From positions 108,440,001 to 108,504,000 of the forward strand of contig NC_058368.1 in NCBI RefSeq assembly GCF_018350175.1: a DNA stretch of 64,000 nucleotides. Direction: 5' to 3'. Each line of letters opens with the position of its first letter. The first letter of the stretch is position 1. The position numbers and the translations under genes were made by a program. A model generated the notes under the pieces. The model did not search any database. It was not told the DNA's origin and saw only the letters and a list, made by a program, of their open reading frames with translations. Positions 1-12,203 of the stretch are shown in pieces. The stretch comes from Felis catus (lineage: Eukaryota).

Positions 1-52
1 AAGAATTTGATTGCCACTGTATCTCTCATAGCGTGCTCTTGCAGACATTAAT
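1..52 (-). CDS. RAPGEF6: RAPGEF6 coding exon 3 (partial, runs off the window start)
   Basis: Acceptor tatgttAG at 53-54. Reads (R)LMSARARYERYSGNQIL, in phase with exon 2. Matches the RAPGEF6/PDZ-GEF2 N-terminus as I recall it. Confidence 0.93.
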
Positions 53-382
53 CTAACATATTAAAAAAAAAGTCAAAAATTTAAAATTATTTTATCTTCA
101 ATTTTGTTTTAAAAATAGTGTTATAATTATATACTTCAGTAGACAATGATCGTATCTACCACTAACTTCTTCACTCAACTACAAGAATTTAGAAATAGGG
201 ACATCAAATGCAGTATTTTCGAAAACATCCATTGGATAATATTAAGTGGCAACAAATAAAATCTCTTATGTATATTCTATAACCTGCCAATTCACACTGC
301 ATAATTTTCCTTTTCTATTATGGAGAAATACACATTTGTCTGATTCACTACTGAATCATGTTAAGAAATTACTGGTAGAAGT

Positions 383-612
383 GGGGCACCTGGGTGGCTC
401 AGTCAGTTAAGCGTCCAACTACAGCTCGGGTCATGATCTCAGAGCTCGTGAGTTCGAGCCTCACGTTGGACTCTGTGCAGACAGTTCAGAGCCTGGAGCC
501 ACCTTCAGATTCTGCGTCTCACTCTCTCTCTGTTCCTCCCACGCTCACACTCTGCCTCTCCCTCTCTCTCTCAAAAATAAACATTAAAAAAAATTTAAAA
601 AAAAAAAAAAAG
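383..612 (+). mobile_element. CAN-SINE
   Basis: tRNA-like head, (CT)n, poly(A). TSD AAGAAATTACTGGTAGA. Confidence 0.92.
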
Positions 613-635
613 GAAAGAAAGAAATTACTGGTAGA

Positions 636-810
636 GGGGCGCCTGGGTGGGTCAGTCGGTTGAGTGTCTCACTCTTAATTTTGGCTCAGGTCAGGGTCAT
701 GGGATCAAACCCCCTGCACTGGGCTCCAAGCCTGAGATCCTCTCTTTCTATCTGCCCCCCTCTCACCCCTTCATGCTCTCTTTCTCTATCTTAAAAATAA
801 AAATAAAAGA
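636..810 (+). mobile_element. CAN-SINE (older, in tandem with the previous copy)
   Basis: GGGGCGCCTGGGTGG head, A-rich tail, shared TSD. Confidence 0.88.
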
Positions 811-978
811 AATTACTGGCAGAAGCATACACACAAAGTCTGTTGAATACATAAACATTACAAAAATTCATTAAAAATGCTTTTAGTGTTACTAAATGCT
901 CTAGTTTTCAGCACGTTTCTTCCATACATATGCTGACATCTGACTACATTATACATAAAATAGACAATAATAAACCCA

Positions 979-1168
979 GGGGCACCTGGGTGGCTCAGTT
1001 GGTTAAGCATCAGCTCAGGTCATGGTTGACTTCCACTCAGGTCATGATCTCACAGTCTGTGACATCTCAGGCTCTGCACTAACAGTGTAGAGGCTCCTTG
1101 GGATTCTCTCTCTGCTCCTTCCCCTCTCACACTCGGTCTCTCAATCTCTCTCAAAATAAACAAACAGT
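979..1168 (+). mobile_element. CAN-SINE
   Basis: Head and CT tract; the tail expands into a purine microsatellite. Confidence 0.85.
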
Positions 1169-1256
1169 AAGGAGAAAGAAAGAGAAAGAAAGAGAAAGGA
1201 AGGAAGGAAGGAAGGAAGGAAGGAAGGAAGGAAGGAAGGAAGGAAGGAAGGAAGGA

Positions 1257-1350
<94 letters not shown>

Positions 1351-1354
1351 GAAA
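1169..1354. repeat. Compound (GAAA)/(GGAA)n/(GA)n/(GAAA)n microsatellite
   Basis: About 186 consecutive purines on the plus strand. Confidence 0.95.
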
Positions 1355-2033
1355 TAAATTCTAACAATTATATTTTAGCAATCTAATCTGGCCCTTAAAC
1401 AGAAACTTAAAGAATGATCAGAAAAAGTAATGGATAAGCTGGTCATGGAAGGAAAACACACTCTAAATTTTGATATGCGAAGTTAAGTGCTTTGCAAAAC
1501 TCAAAAGTGTTTTTATAAATATAACGACAATGACATAAGGTAGCAGGACAGAAAATTTATTTTACAGAGTAGGAAAATAAGGTTCAGAACGTTTATGGGT
1601 CCTGTTCACAGGGGCTCATACCAAGTCGAGAGTCCTGATCCGTCCACTTTCATACACTACATCATACTTTGCCTATCCTAAACATATGACCTAATAAATA
1701 TCAAAAAGAACTACAGAAAGTAAACAGCTTTGTTTTCACTGGCTAGCAAATACTGAACACTATGCTCTGCTTCAGGTAGTTATTCTCATGTTACCCTCAA
1801 AACACTGTAACAAAGATAATCTTATCGTCCCTATTTTACAGAAGACAAAACTATAGCTTACATGTTAAGATTTGCTCAAGGTTCCATAGTTAAGAAAAAC
1901 TGTGATGAGAAAGCAGAAATTTCTATGCTTATCCTAAAAAAGCCCCCAAATCATGTGGCCCCTACAATGATCTATCCAAACTCATCTGAATAACTCCATA
2001 GCACAAGCTTTCAAAACACAGCATCGCACTTAC

Positions 2034-2104
2034 CTAAGCTGATGTTCCCTGAGATTTGATAGTATTTCCATTCCATGAAGATAAGAATAAATAGTATTTA
2101 AATC
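2034..2104 (-). CDS. RAPGEF6: RAPGEF6 coding exon 2 (71 bp)
   Basis: Poly-pyrimidine tract and ccAG acceptor (2105-2106), GTAAGT donor (2028-2033). Encodes DLNTIYSYLHGMEILSNLREHQL(R). Confidence 0.95.
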
Positions 2105-2514
2105 CTGGTGAACAGAAAAAAAAAAAAAAATTAGATTATTTTTCAAATATATCTTTCAAGATATCTTAACACCCCACAATTGTGATTTTAAGCAACCATT
2201 TATGACAGAACCGTTAACTATAGGAAGACTAATAAAATCTGAATTAAAATAAATCTGAAAAGATAAGAGAAGAGTTACCTCTACTCATACAGGAGCCTCC
2301 CTCCCCCTTCAGTAGGACAGACAGCCTGTACTCACACAATGCCAGAAATCAAAAACTCATTATTTCATATGAAAGTCTATTTCATTTCTAAACAGATGTA
2401 ACCCTTCTTGCTCAATGACATCCAACTATTCAAAAGGAACTATTGTATCATCTGAAGTATTATAATTATTATTTTCTCCAGATAATGCAGTTTCAGTATT
2501 GGCAGATTCCAGAA

Positions 2515-2936
2515 TTTTTTTTTTTTTTTTTTAATTTTAGGCAGAGAGAGAGCAAGCAGGGGAGAGGGACAGAGGGAAAGAGAGAGAGAATCTCAAGCAG
2601 GCTCCATACTCAGTGCAGAGTCCGACACAGGGCCCGATTCCACAACCTTGGGATCAAGACCTGAGTCAAAATCAAGAGTCAAGCATTGGGGCGCCTGGGT
2701 GGCACAGTCGGTTAAGCGTCCGACTTCAGCCAGGTCACGATCTCGCGGTCCGTGAGTTCGAGCCCCGCGTCAGGCTCTGGGCTGATGGCTCGGAGCCTGG
2801 AGCCTGTTTCCGATTCTGTGTCTCCCTCTCTGTCTGCCCCTCCCCCATTCATGCTCTGTCTCTCTCTGTCCCAAAAAAAAAAAAAAAAAAAAAAAAAGAG
2901 TCAAGCACTCAACTCACTGAGCCACCCAGGCGCCCC
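2515..2936 (-). mobile_element. CAN-SINE interrupted by a nested SINE
   Basis: Poly(T) at 2515, body to ~2685, resumes at ~2908 and ends in CCCAGGCGCCCC. Confidence 0.88.
2688..2897 (+). mobile_element. Young SINEC_Fc-type element nested in an older SINE
   Basis: CpG-rich body, pure poly(A), TSD AAGAGTCAAGCA (2674-2685 / 2896-2907). Confidence 0.92.
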
Positions 2937-3649
2937 TGCAGGTTCCAAATCTTTAAAAGTACCCTGGCTGACCTCCTGTAGACATGACCCAGTTTGTCAA
3001 CATTCTTACTAAATATGACTTTCTAAAAAAATCTCTTTCTAAAGAGGCTCAAAGTGATTATTAATCAACAAATAAACAAACAATAAATAGTCCAGTGGGA
3101 CAACCCTACTGCTCACTCTGTGAACAAGGAAGGGCACCTCTCTCTAGCCCTCAGATAACTAGCTATTGAAAGTCTGAGGATAATATAGTATAACCTCAGC
3201 TAAGAAGAGAGACAGATTAAAGGGAGAATGTGGGAGCAGTCTAAAGTCCTGACAGAATGGTGTGCTTTACCACTTATGCAGAATTTTGGTGCACAGTGAT
3301 TATAAACAACCTTAAATTTTCTTATATAAAACGTACCTCCTTATTTTCTCCTAAGAACAATGACTTTACACCAGGACAGATTGCTCCCAAACACAGACCT
3401 CAGACAACTTCTATTTTAATGGATTACTAAGAAAACATGGAGCCACTAAGTAAAACAGCAATAATCTTTGATTCCAAAAATTACAAGCAGCAATTAACCA
3501 TGATGGAGTCAATGACCACACGTCTGTAAATCCTTGAGAAAATGGGAGTGAACTAGATTTTTATGTATATATAAAGGATAAGTTCAAAGGAAAAACCCTA
3601 ACAAATGAGGAAGGTCTATAAAATTCATGAAGACAGCAGACAGAGTAGT

Positions 3650-5150
3650 GATATGGTAAACTGTATTTCCAAAGATGGCTACAATGGTATTTCTTATCCT
3701 ATAGGCTGTTTTGCAATAGGACCTTATCACTCCTTGCCCCCACCCCCCATCAAAAATTGTAATCTTACATGCCTTCCCCGTGGACCTGGTTGGTCCTGTG
3801 ATTTGTTCTCATCAAAAGAAGTAAGGATGTGTAACTTCTAAGATTCAAGTGTCCTAAGACCACCAGTGTTGTGAGGAAGCCCGCTAACCTCATGGATAAA
3901 CAAAGGCCACATGGAAGAGCACCAAGGCATCAGATATGTAAGCAAGGTCTTGAAACAGTGTAGCTACTAAATGAATGCAACTAAGAGAAAGATCCCAGTT
4001 GGCAGTTCTGTGAAGCAAAAGAACCAACCTCCCAGCCAGAACCTTCTGAACTGAGGTAATAAATAGCATTCCGGCAAAAGTCTGGCCCACAGTGAACTCA
4101 CTGAGCCTACAGACCCATCTAATAGTCTCTCTTCACTATGTGTGTTTATGATTAAAATGCATGTACTTGTTAGTTAGAATAATCCCCACAATGGGTCCAG
4201 GACCTATGTGGTATAAGCAGTCACAGTGCAAAAAGCCAACAGGAAACCTCTGAAATTGCCCATTCTCCAGAACAAGATAGTAAATAAATGACAATATTGC
4301 TTCCAGAGAGGCAAAGGACAGCAAAGACTAGTGCCATCAGTAAAGACTTAAAGTATTTGGGGTGGGGGTCTATCTCATATTATCATCTTCACAAAAAAGA
4401 TGTATATTTAAAAAATGACTGGATACTGCCAGAGACTTAACCAAATGCCAACCAATATTCTCAACATAACATAGCTGTTAGAACTTATTAAGCCTCGGGT
4501 ATTGATTTGGTGACTATATTCTTTTCCATTTAAATTACAAAAACTTGGGGTGCCTGGGTGGTTCAGTCGGTTAAGTGTCTGACTTCAGCTCAGGTCATGA
4601 TCTCATGGTTCGTGGGTTTGAGCCCCGCGTCGGGCTCTGTGCTGACAGCTCAGAGCCTGGAGCCTGCTTCAGATTCTGTGTCTCCCTCTCTCTCTGCCCC
4701 TCCCTGGCTCACACTCTCTTTCTCTCCCAAAAATAAATAAACATTAAAAAATAATAAATAAATAAATAAATAATCATCAGAAACACTTTGCATTCATGTG
4801 GGACAACATTAACTTACGGTTTTTCCTTAGGACTATTTTAACTCTCTAATTCTCTACCATAATACAGTCTGAAAACATCTAGACCTTCTGACCCATTACA
4901 GAGATGATATCTTGCTGAATGGACAGAATGAACAAGAGAATAACCATGAGGAGGCTGCTACCCTGGAGTCCTTATAACATGTTAATACTCCAGAAAGTGG
5001 GCAATAAATTCTATGAGGAGGCAAAGGCCTACCACTTTTAGGTGTGCAGCGATCAGGGGCATTTCAGGACATCTCCTACTGACCAACTGTTGGGACTTCA
5101 ACTTTAGGTCAACATAGACTAAGGGGGAATTGGACTTATCTTCCACTGTA
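3650..5150. mobile_element. Decayed ERVL-MaLR (MLT1-type LTR plus internal remnant)
   Basis: Recalled MLT1-like phrases (tttccaaagatggc..., gtgaggaagccc, gccacatgga). Boundaries are approximate. Confidence 0.45.
4547..4775 (+). mobile_element. CAN-SINE
   Basis: Full head, CT tract, (AAAT)n tail. Confidence 0.9.
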
Positions 5151-7008
5151 AAGAACTAAAGATCAAAATGAATATATGATATACATTTTTCATGAGGTAA
5201 GACATCAGGAAACAAAAGACTTTAACATCTGACAGAGGACAAACGAAATGATTCATATAATGATGATACCTTACCGTCTGCTGGTATCTTTAGTTGTGGA
5301 GAAGGAGCTGGCAGTCTAGGGACAACAAAGTGGCTAGAGTTTGCAGAACACAAGACTGTTACACAGAAATAAATTATGTTCTGGAAACCTATAGAAGGTG
5401 TCCTTTGCGTCTTAAGTTGAGTACTGATCATCCTGTCATGCTCTTAACGACTGAACCAGCCACAGGCTCTGGTTTCTTGCATAGTTTTTGTACCAATTAC
5501 CTCTGAGACAGGTTTGAGGTATTATTACTAGGCGTGGTGTGCTGAAGATCAATAAAAGCTGACAGAGAAAGTAGAAACAAACAAACTTGACAGAGACAGG
5601 CTAAAAGTCTCACAGATATTTCTTGGTAGTAAAAAATTTAAATGCTAGATTCAAGGAGGAATTAATCTACCGTACTTGAAAGCTGCTCTACTGAGTCTGA
5701 AAGAGGGAAGTCATGACATTCCAGATCAGCAACACCAGAATGTGCCACCTGTTCTGTAACTAAAATAACATACTGCAGAAATTAACCAAGGCTATGAGAA
5801 GAACAAATATCAGCTCTGGATTAGGTAATAAAATAATGGGTTCTACTTGGGCAAAAAATGATGAGGCAGTAGTGACGACTCAGTATTTCGGAAAACAGAT
5901 CAACCATACTCTCCAAGCCAGTTATGTGAATGAACATGAGCAAACTGAGGTGGGTGGTAACACTGCCATCATACAAGAAGGCAGCAATCTTTTTACACTC
6001 TTCAAACAATCCATACCTAATGCATTCATTGTAGGTACATTCTACTGGTTTTCAATATCATTTTTAAATGATATATTAATTCCTATTTGCAGCTCTGTAT
6101 GAGGAATTAATGACCCTTTTATATATACACTTAAAATTAAGAGGTCGCGTCTTCCTCAATTTTGTGCCAACCAGTGGGCTGCTCCTAGAATAATCCCACC
6201 TTTCAATTCCGCCGACAGCCATTCTACACATGCTTAGAAACCCAAACAAAACTTAGAAAACTCAAACTGGAAGGCTTTTTGTTTCTTCAACTTTACAAGT
6301 AACAAATTTCTTACCTATGATATGCTTAATTCGTCACACACTACTTTCAATACAACATCAATTATCTAAAACACTCATTAACCAAGATATTTTACTCATT
6401 ATCTTTGTTACTTGGAAAGCAAGTCCATCCCTGGAATTTTAACAATGAAAAATCTCTCAGGGTGGATCCTAAGGACAGTACAGATTCAATTTCAAGATAC
6501 ATATGTTCTGCAGCTACAGGTCTATATAATAAAAACTTATGGTGAAGAATCCTCTATAAATCAATGTTAGGCTGAAGACAGTGTGGTTAAAAACCTGGGA
6601 ACCTGGAGACGGCCTTGGATTCAAATTACGCCTCTTATCAGTAATCACATAACCTTTATTATCTGTACAATAGGAATGATTAACTCTCTCTGAATATAAA
6701 ATGTTACATGTGTAGCACAGAGATGATGACATGGTAAACAGTTAACAAATGTTAGTACTATGCATTTATATAAAGGTTTGGATCATAAATTTATAAAACA
6801 AACACTAAATTACAGTCAGCAGACTATTAAAGCTATTTTGAATGTTTCTGACAATAGTGTCAAGTTAACAAGACCATGCATTAAACACAGAACTCTATCT
6901 CACTGGTTTTCTCACCCACAAAGGTATAAATATATTCTACAAAACGGCAATAAAGAGCTACACACACTTACCACACCTTGAGCCCAGTCCCTGCTATCTA
7001 AACACCAT

Positions 7009-7078
7009 TTTCTAACATAACTTTCTTGGGTAAGTGACTGATTTCTAACATAACTTTCTTGGGTAAGTGACTGATTTC
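7009..7078. repeat. Perfect 33-bp tandem duplication
   Basis: TTTCTAACATAACTTTCTTGGGTAAGTGACTGA x2, then TTTC. Confidence 0.95.
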
Positions 7079-10028
7079 AGTACTGGAGCAAGGAAAGTAC
7101 AAGCCTCGAACATCTTTTTGTGCCAGAGTTAAGAAATTACTTACAGACCAATGGGGTCACGTCAAAAGGACATAGTAGCAGACTTTGAAAGGGCTCCCAC
7201 TGGCTAAATGTGGGGTAATCTAATAATCAAAGGGAATAATGACAATATTAAAAACACAAAAATAATCCCTGAAATCAGAGTGATTGTTTTTTAAAGGGGG
7301 AGGCCAGGGGAAGGTGGGGAAAGTTCTATACAGAATGCCAGCTAATAACTGTGGGAGAAATATACAATTAGAAAATTATCACTTTGTAACAGCAAAGTAG
7401 TAGTTATTTAGGCAAAGATCATCAATGAATGCTAAAGTATTTGTCAAATACTGGCAAAAAACAATATATCCATACACTCTCAAAATATCACCTCAAAGAT
7501 CACTTGTAACTTGCAGTACTGTACCTTTACAACAAAGAAATACAGGTAATCCAAATTAGCATCTGCCATAATAGAAAGAACTGATAATGTGTCTTCTGAT
7601 GTGACAGTATCTGAAGAACATCATGGGGCACCTGGCTGGCTCAGTCAGAAGAGCATATGACTTAGTCTCAGGGTTGTGAGTTCAAGCCCCAGTTTACTTT
7701 CAAATGGCTTAGCAAAATAAAATTTATGCTAGAGAGATGGAGGTAAGATAAATATGGCAAAATATCACTCTGAATGAAGAGTATGTAATAAAGGATACTA
7801 AAAATAGGGAAGATACTACTCTTCCCATGTTTCTATAGTTTTGAAATTCTCAAAAAACAAAGATGGGGGTGGGCAACATACAACTATGTCCTGCTTATTC
7901 ACAGGGTGACAGACATTTCTAGCTTTCCTTAAATGTCAAGTCTTATTTAATTATCTACATTCTTTTTTTTTTCATTATCTTTTCCTGTGCATCCCCAATC
8001 ATCACCATATTTTAACCAGTGTCCATGACACACTGCTCCCAAGAATGTTCTCTGGAAAAGCTTATCTCATTCCACCAGTTTATTAGAATTTAGTCTTACT
8101 ATATATTTGGGTATACATTTGGTATAGCAGACTGGTAATTTTATTTTTAGATTAAAATACATTATATAGCTAATTACTTGAACATTAAGTTTTATTAATA
8201 AAAACTTTAACATTAAAAAATTATAGCTGAAATTTTAATTTTTAGACCTGAAAATCCCAAATGATATGCTTAAACATTAGAACTCCAATAATTAATCTCT
8301 GAAATGATAATGCATCAAAAGATCAAGTATCTAATTACTTCTAAATTCAAACTTTAGGCTAAAGTTCACTGTTTTGATCCCACTATATATTACACAATTA
8401 TCCAAGATATGCTAATTCCAAGTTTCACAAGCACTTTTCAATCCTTATCTCTACACACATTTGTTTTACAGAATTTGCTGACATCATTCATTCACTCCTC
8501 CCTCCTAAACTCTTTTCCTCCCATCCCTTCTATCATATGGTCTTCTGTGGGTTCTTGTCCTAATGGAAAACATTTAGTAACAATTACAAACACAGAATGT
8601 GAAATTAGAAATCCCAGATTTGAATCCTGACTCTGTAGTCTCCTAGCTGTGTGCCTTTAGACAAATTTTTCTGTGATTCCATCTTCCCATATGTAAAATG
8701 TGGACAGCAAGCACGTTGTTTCAGCGTGGTTTTGGAAGGATTAAAGGTGTATAAAGGTGTCTGTTTTTTTTTTTTTTTTTAACAGTAACAGGCATCCAAT
8801 AAGTACCCCAGCATATAAATCTTAGCCATTCTTGTTGCTATTATTGCCTTTCTGCTCCAGAGGCTCCTGAGTCTCCATCACAGGCTTTGCCTTCTTTTCC
8901 TATTCCGTTAAATGTTTATAAATGTTTCCATCACTGTGACATCCACCCTTTTTCACTAGAGACTCTCTACCCTCCACATCCATAGTTGTAACTACCATAT
9001 ATATATACCAATGACGCCAATATTTGTATTTCTAGCCCAGAGCTCTCTAGTAAAACTCAGAAACTACACATTCTAGAACATAATGAACCCTTTCACCTGG
9101 GAGATCCATCAGCATCTCAAGTGTAATAAATGCAAAGCTAAACTCATTGTTTATATTCCTGGCTGGGTCTTCTTCCTAGGTTCCCTGATTTACATGATGC
9201 TTTCTTCTTTAGTCGCTCTGGCCAGAAATCTATCAATTCTATTTCATAAGTATCTCTGTTCACGATCCCACCTGGAGCAATTTTGAAATTTATTATTTCT
9301 CACTGGGTAACAGAAAACAGCCTTCTTGCATCTAAGTCTGACTGCCTGTAATCCATTCTTCATGGTCCTGCCAGAGTTAACTTTCTAAAAAGCATATAGA
9401 AACTCCTTAACAAAGAGAAAGCAGTTCTTCACCAGATCTGGACCCTGGCCATGCCTCCAGGCTCATCTCTGTTACTACTTGTGTGCCCAGGCAACTTGCA
9501 CCTTTGTGTTAAGATCATCTTGTGGCCTTGACAAATGCAGTTCTCTGTTCAGGAAACACAAACTGTCCCTTCTTCATCTAACATTTACATATTCTCATCT
9601 ATGCTCAAGGCAGCATTCCCTTTTCTAAGACAACAAGAATGACACCTGCCAACCCTTTACTTCTCCCTCCCAGAGTCCTCCTGTAAACTCCTGAGTGCCT
9701 CCTTTTACAGCTATACAGTAGTTAACAGGGTATTTTAATTGTTTGTGTATTTGCCTATCTCCTCCCCTAATGAAAGAACTTTAATCTTTGACCCCTGGCA
9801 TTTAAAAATAGTACTTAAAAAATATTTACCACACAAATATCCACTAGGCACTCCTCCTTAAAAATTATGTATTCAACTCTGCCTCAGTCATTTAAGGCAG
9901 GTATTAAGGCATAAATACTTCAAACTCCAGATGGTACCTGTTACACAACTCTTTTGTGTAAAAGAAAAAAAAAAAATCTGTGATAAAGCCTTTTATTATT
10001 AGTTGAATGCCCTTAAAAAGCCAAAATT

Positions 10029-10240
10029 GGGGGCACCCGGGTGGTTGAGTCAGTTAACCATCCATCTTCAGCTCAGGCAATGATCTCATAGTTTGTGAGT
10101 TCGAGCCCTGCATTGGGCTCTGTGCTGACAGCTCAGAGCCTGGAGCCTGCTTTGGATTGTGTCTCCCTCTCTCTCTGCCCCTCCCCCGCTCACACTTTTT
10201 GTCTTTCTCTCTCTCAAAAAAACAAACTTTTAAAAAAAGC
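10029..10240 (+). mobile_element. CAN-SINE
   Basis: Head, CT tract, tail; flanking AAAAAGCCAAAA repeat. Confidence 0.9.
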
Positions 10241-12002
10241 CAAAACTGAATACATAGTACCTTTTGAAAACAAAAATATAAGTTATCAAACAGAATGGTG
10301 TAAAAAATCACCAATACAGACATCAAACACACCTGTTTTCATTCTACATAAAACTTGAGAATTCTGAACTTCCATTACATTGATATCCTCCACTGAACTG
10401 ACACAGCACCTTAAAATACTGCATACATCACAGGCAAGATAAAACAGTAACAATTCAGGAAAATATTAGACATCTATGCAGATGATAAACAAAAGTTCAA
10501 AGCTTAAAATATGTCCTAAACTTCACTGTTCTGAGAAGTGGGGTGCTACTGAACTGAGGAAGTCACCAATGAATCATGTGACCTTGAGCAAGACATTTTA
10601 CCTCTCAGAAGCTTAGTTCCTGGATCAGTATGCAACTCATTTCACTAGCTCTTGACCTCACCGGCTAAAGTATTTCTAAGAGTGCTATATATACATTCAC
10701 AAATACTTGCTGGCAGTGATACTACTTTAGTTTTGTACTAAGTGTCCTGTCCAGTGAACCCCACTATCTCTGCCACATAACAAAGCCTAAAGCCCTCCAG
10801 CTGCCAAAGCTTTAGTTTATGGCAAAGTAGTGGAGAGTGGAAAAACATCAAATAGGGGCTGCTCAGGCGTCCAGAATCTCATGTTCTTAATAAAGTGGCT
10901 CGTTCACTTCTTATTTACAGCAATATCTCAGTTTAAATAGGTTGGTCCAAGGTTAAATCAAATAATGACTACAATGTTACAGAGCTCAGTCACTCCATCC
11001 CTTCCAAAGAACAGGACTTTGTCACACAGTCAAGCTCATCATGCCTGGATGCTCCTCCTTTCTGCAGAATTCTCTTGGGGAAGCTCCTCAGTCTCTCCGA
11101 AACAAAATCTTAGGGTGTCTCCACTCCTCATTGGCTACAGTTTTTTCTCTAGGTGGGAATCTCCAATACATGTAAAATGAGGTGCCCAGAAGAGATGTTG
11201 TCTAATAAAGGCCCCATCCAGACTTCTATTCCTTTTCTATCCAGTTGAATTTACAAATGAAGGCCAAAGGGCCCCACAAGCATAAATAAATTCTTTTACT
11301 TCCAAAAAACCCTCTGAATGTGCATCTGCTGTAGAAAAGCACAAAAGAATCTTTGTTCTGCCACCCTCAGGGATGTGCACAGTGACTCACTCAAAAATGA
11401 CTCCAAGTACAATGGCGCACTTTTGCCAATTCAGGAAAAACCTCTACAAGTCTACATTTAAAGACCACTATTCTAAATTCTGAAATGGATAAATAACTAC
11501 AAGAATACTAAATTTTATCTTCTTACATTCCTAGCTCCCTCTTTGGCTTTTCTAATAAAAAATTGTGTTTTGTTTGTTTTTTTAAGCCTTTTTCTGATTG
11601 TAAAAAGGCAATTATATCAGCATCTAGCTAAGCATGAAATTTTTGCCCAGGAAAGTTTTAAAGTCATCCGGTTGAAACTCTATGAGAAATTAAAACTGGT
11701 GTTTATCTATATTTCTCCGAAATTTCCTGCACATGTGTTTTTTGTTCGTGTGTGTGTGTGTGTGTTTTAAAACTAAACAAAAAAGGAGTTTCTATCTGTA
11801 CTACTTATGATGAATTCCAAGGTAAAACAGTCTCTTCATGGCAACTGTACTTTACTCATGTTTTAATTAGAGGATATTAATAGCAAATGTTTGCCATTTT
11901 GGCCAAACTTCATCAGTCTTTTAATCCCAGCACTTCAAATATTAGACCAAAAGAAACCACCACTAGAAGAATAGGGGAACAGTAAGTATTTTTCACATTC
12001 CT

Positions 12003-12203
12003 TTTTTTGTAAGTTTATTTACTTTGAGATAGAGCACACACAGGAACAGGGGAGGGGAAGAGAGAGAGGAAGAAAGAATCCCAAGCAGGTTCTGTGCTAT
12101 TAGCACAAAGCCCAATGCCAGCTCCATCTCACAAACTGTGAGATCATGACCTGGGCCGAAAGCAAGAGTCAAATGCTTAACCAACTGAGCCACCCAGGTG
12201 CCT
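12003..12203 (-). mobile_element. CAN-SINE
   Basis: Reverse-complement head gagccacccaggtgcc; TSD-like TCACATT. Confidence 0.88.

Noticed and set aside
383..460. tRNA-like A/B boxes (TGGCTCAG...GTTCGAGCC)
   Set aside because: They are heads of tRNA-derived SINEs followed by CT tracts and poly(A), not tRNA genes.
5275..5355. Possible cryptic RAPGEF6 exon ending at ACG|GTAAGG
   Set aside because: Several alternative AGs give a frameshift or stop. Such pseudo-exons are common in an 18-kb intron, and there is no supporting feature.
5794..6102. 102-aa plus-strand ORF in RAPGEF6 intron 1
   Set aside because: No recognisable homology, splice context or retrocopy hallmarks (poly(A), TSD); the length is within chance.
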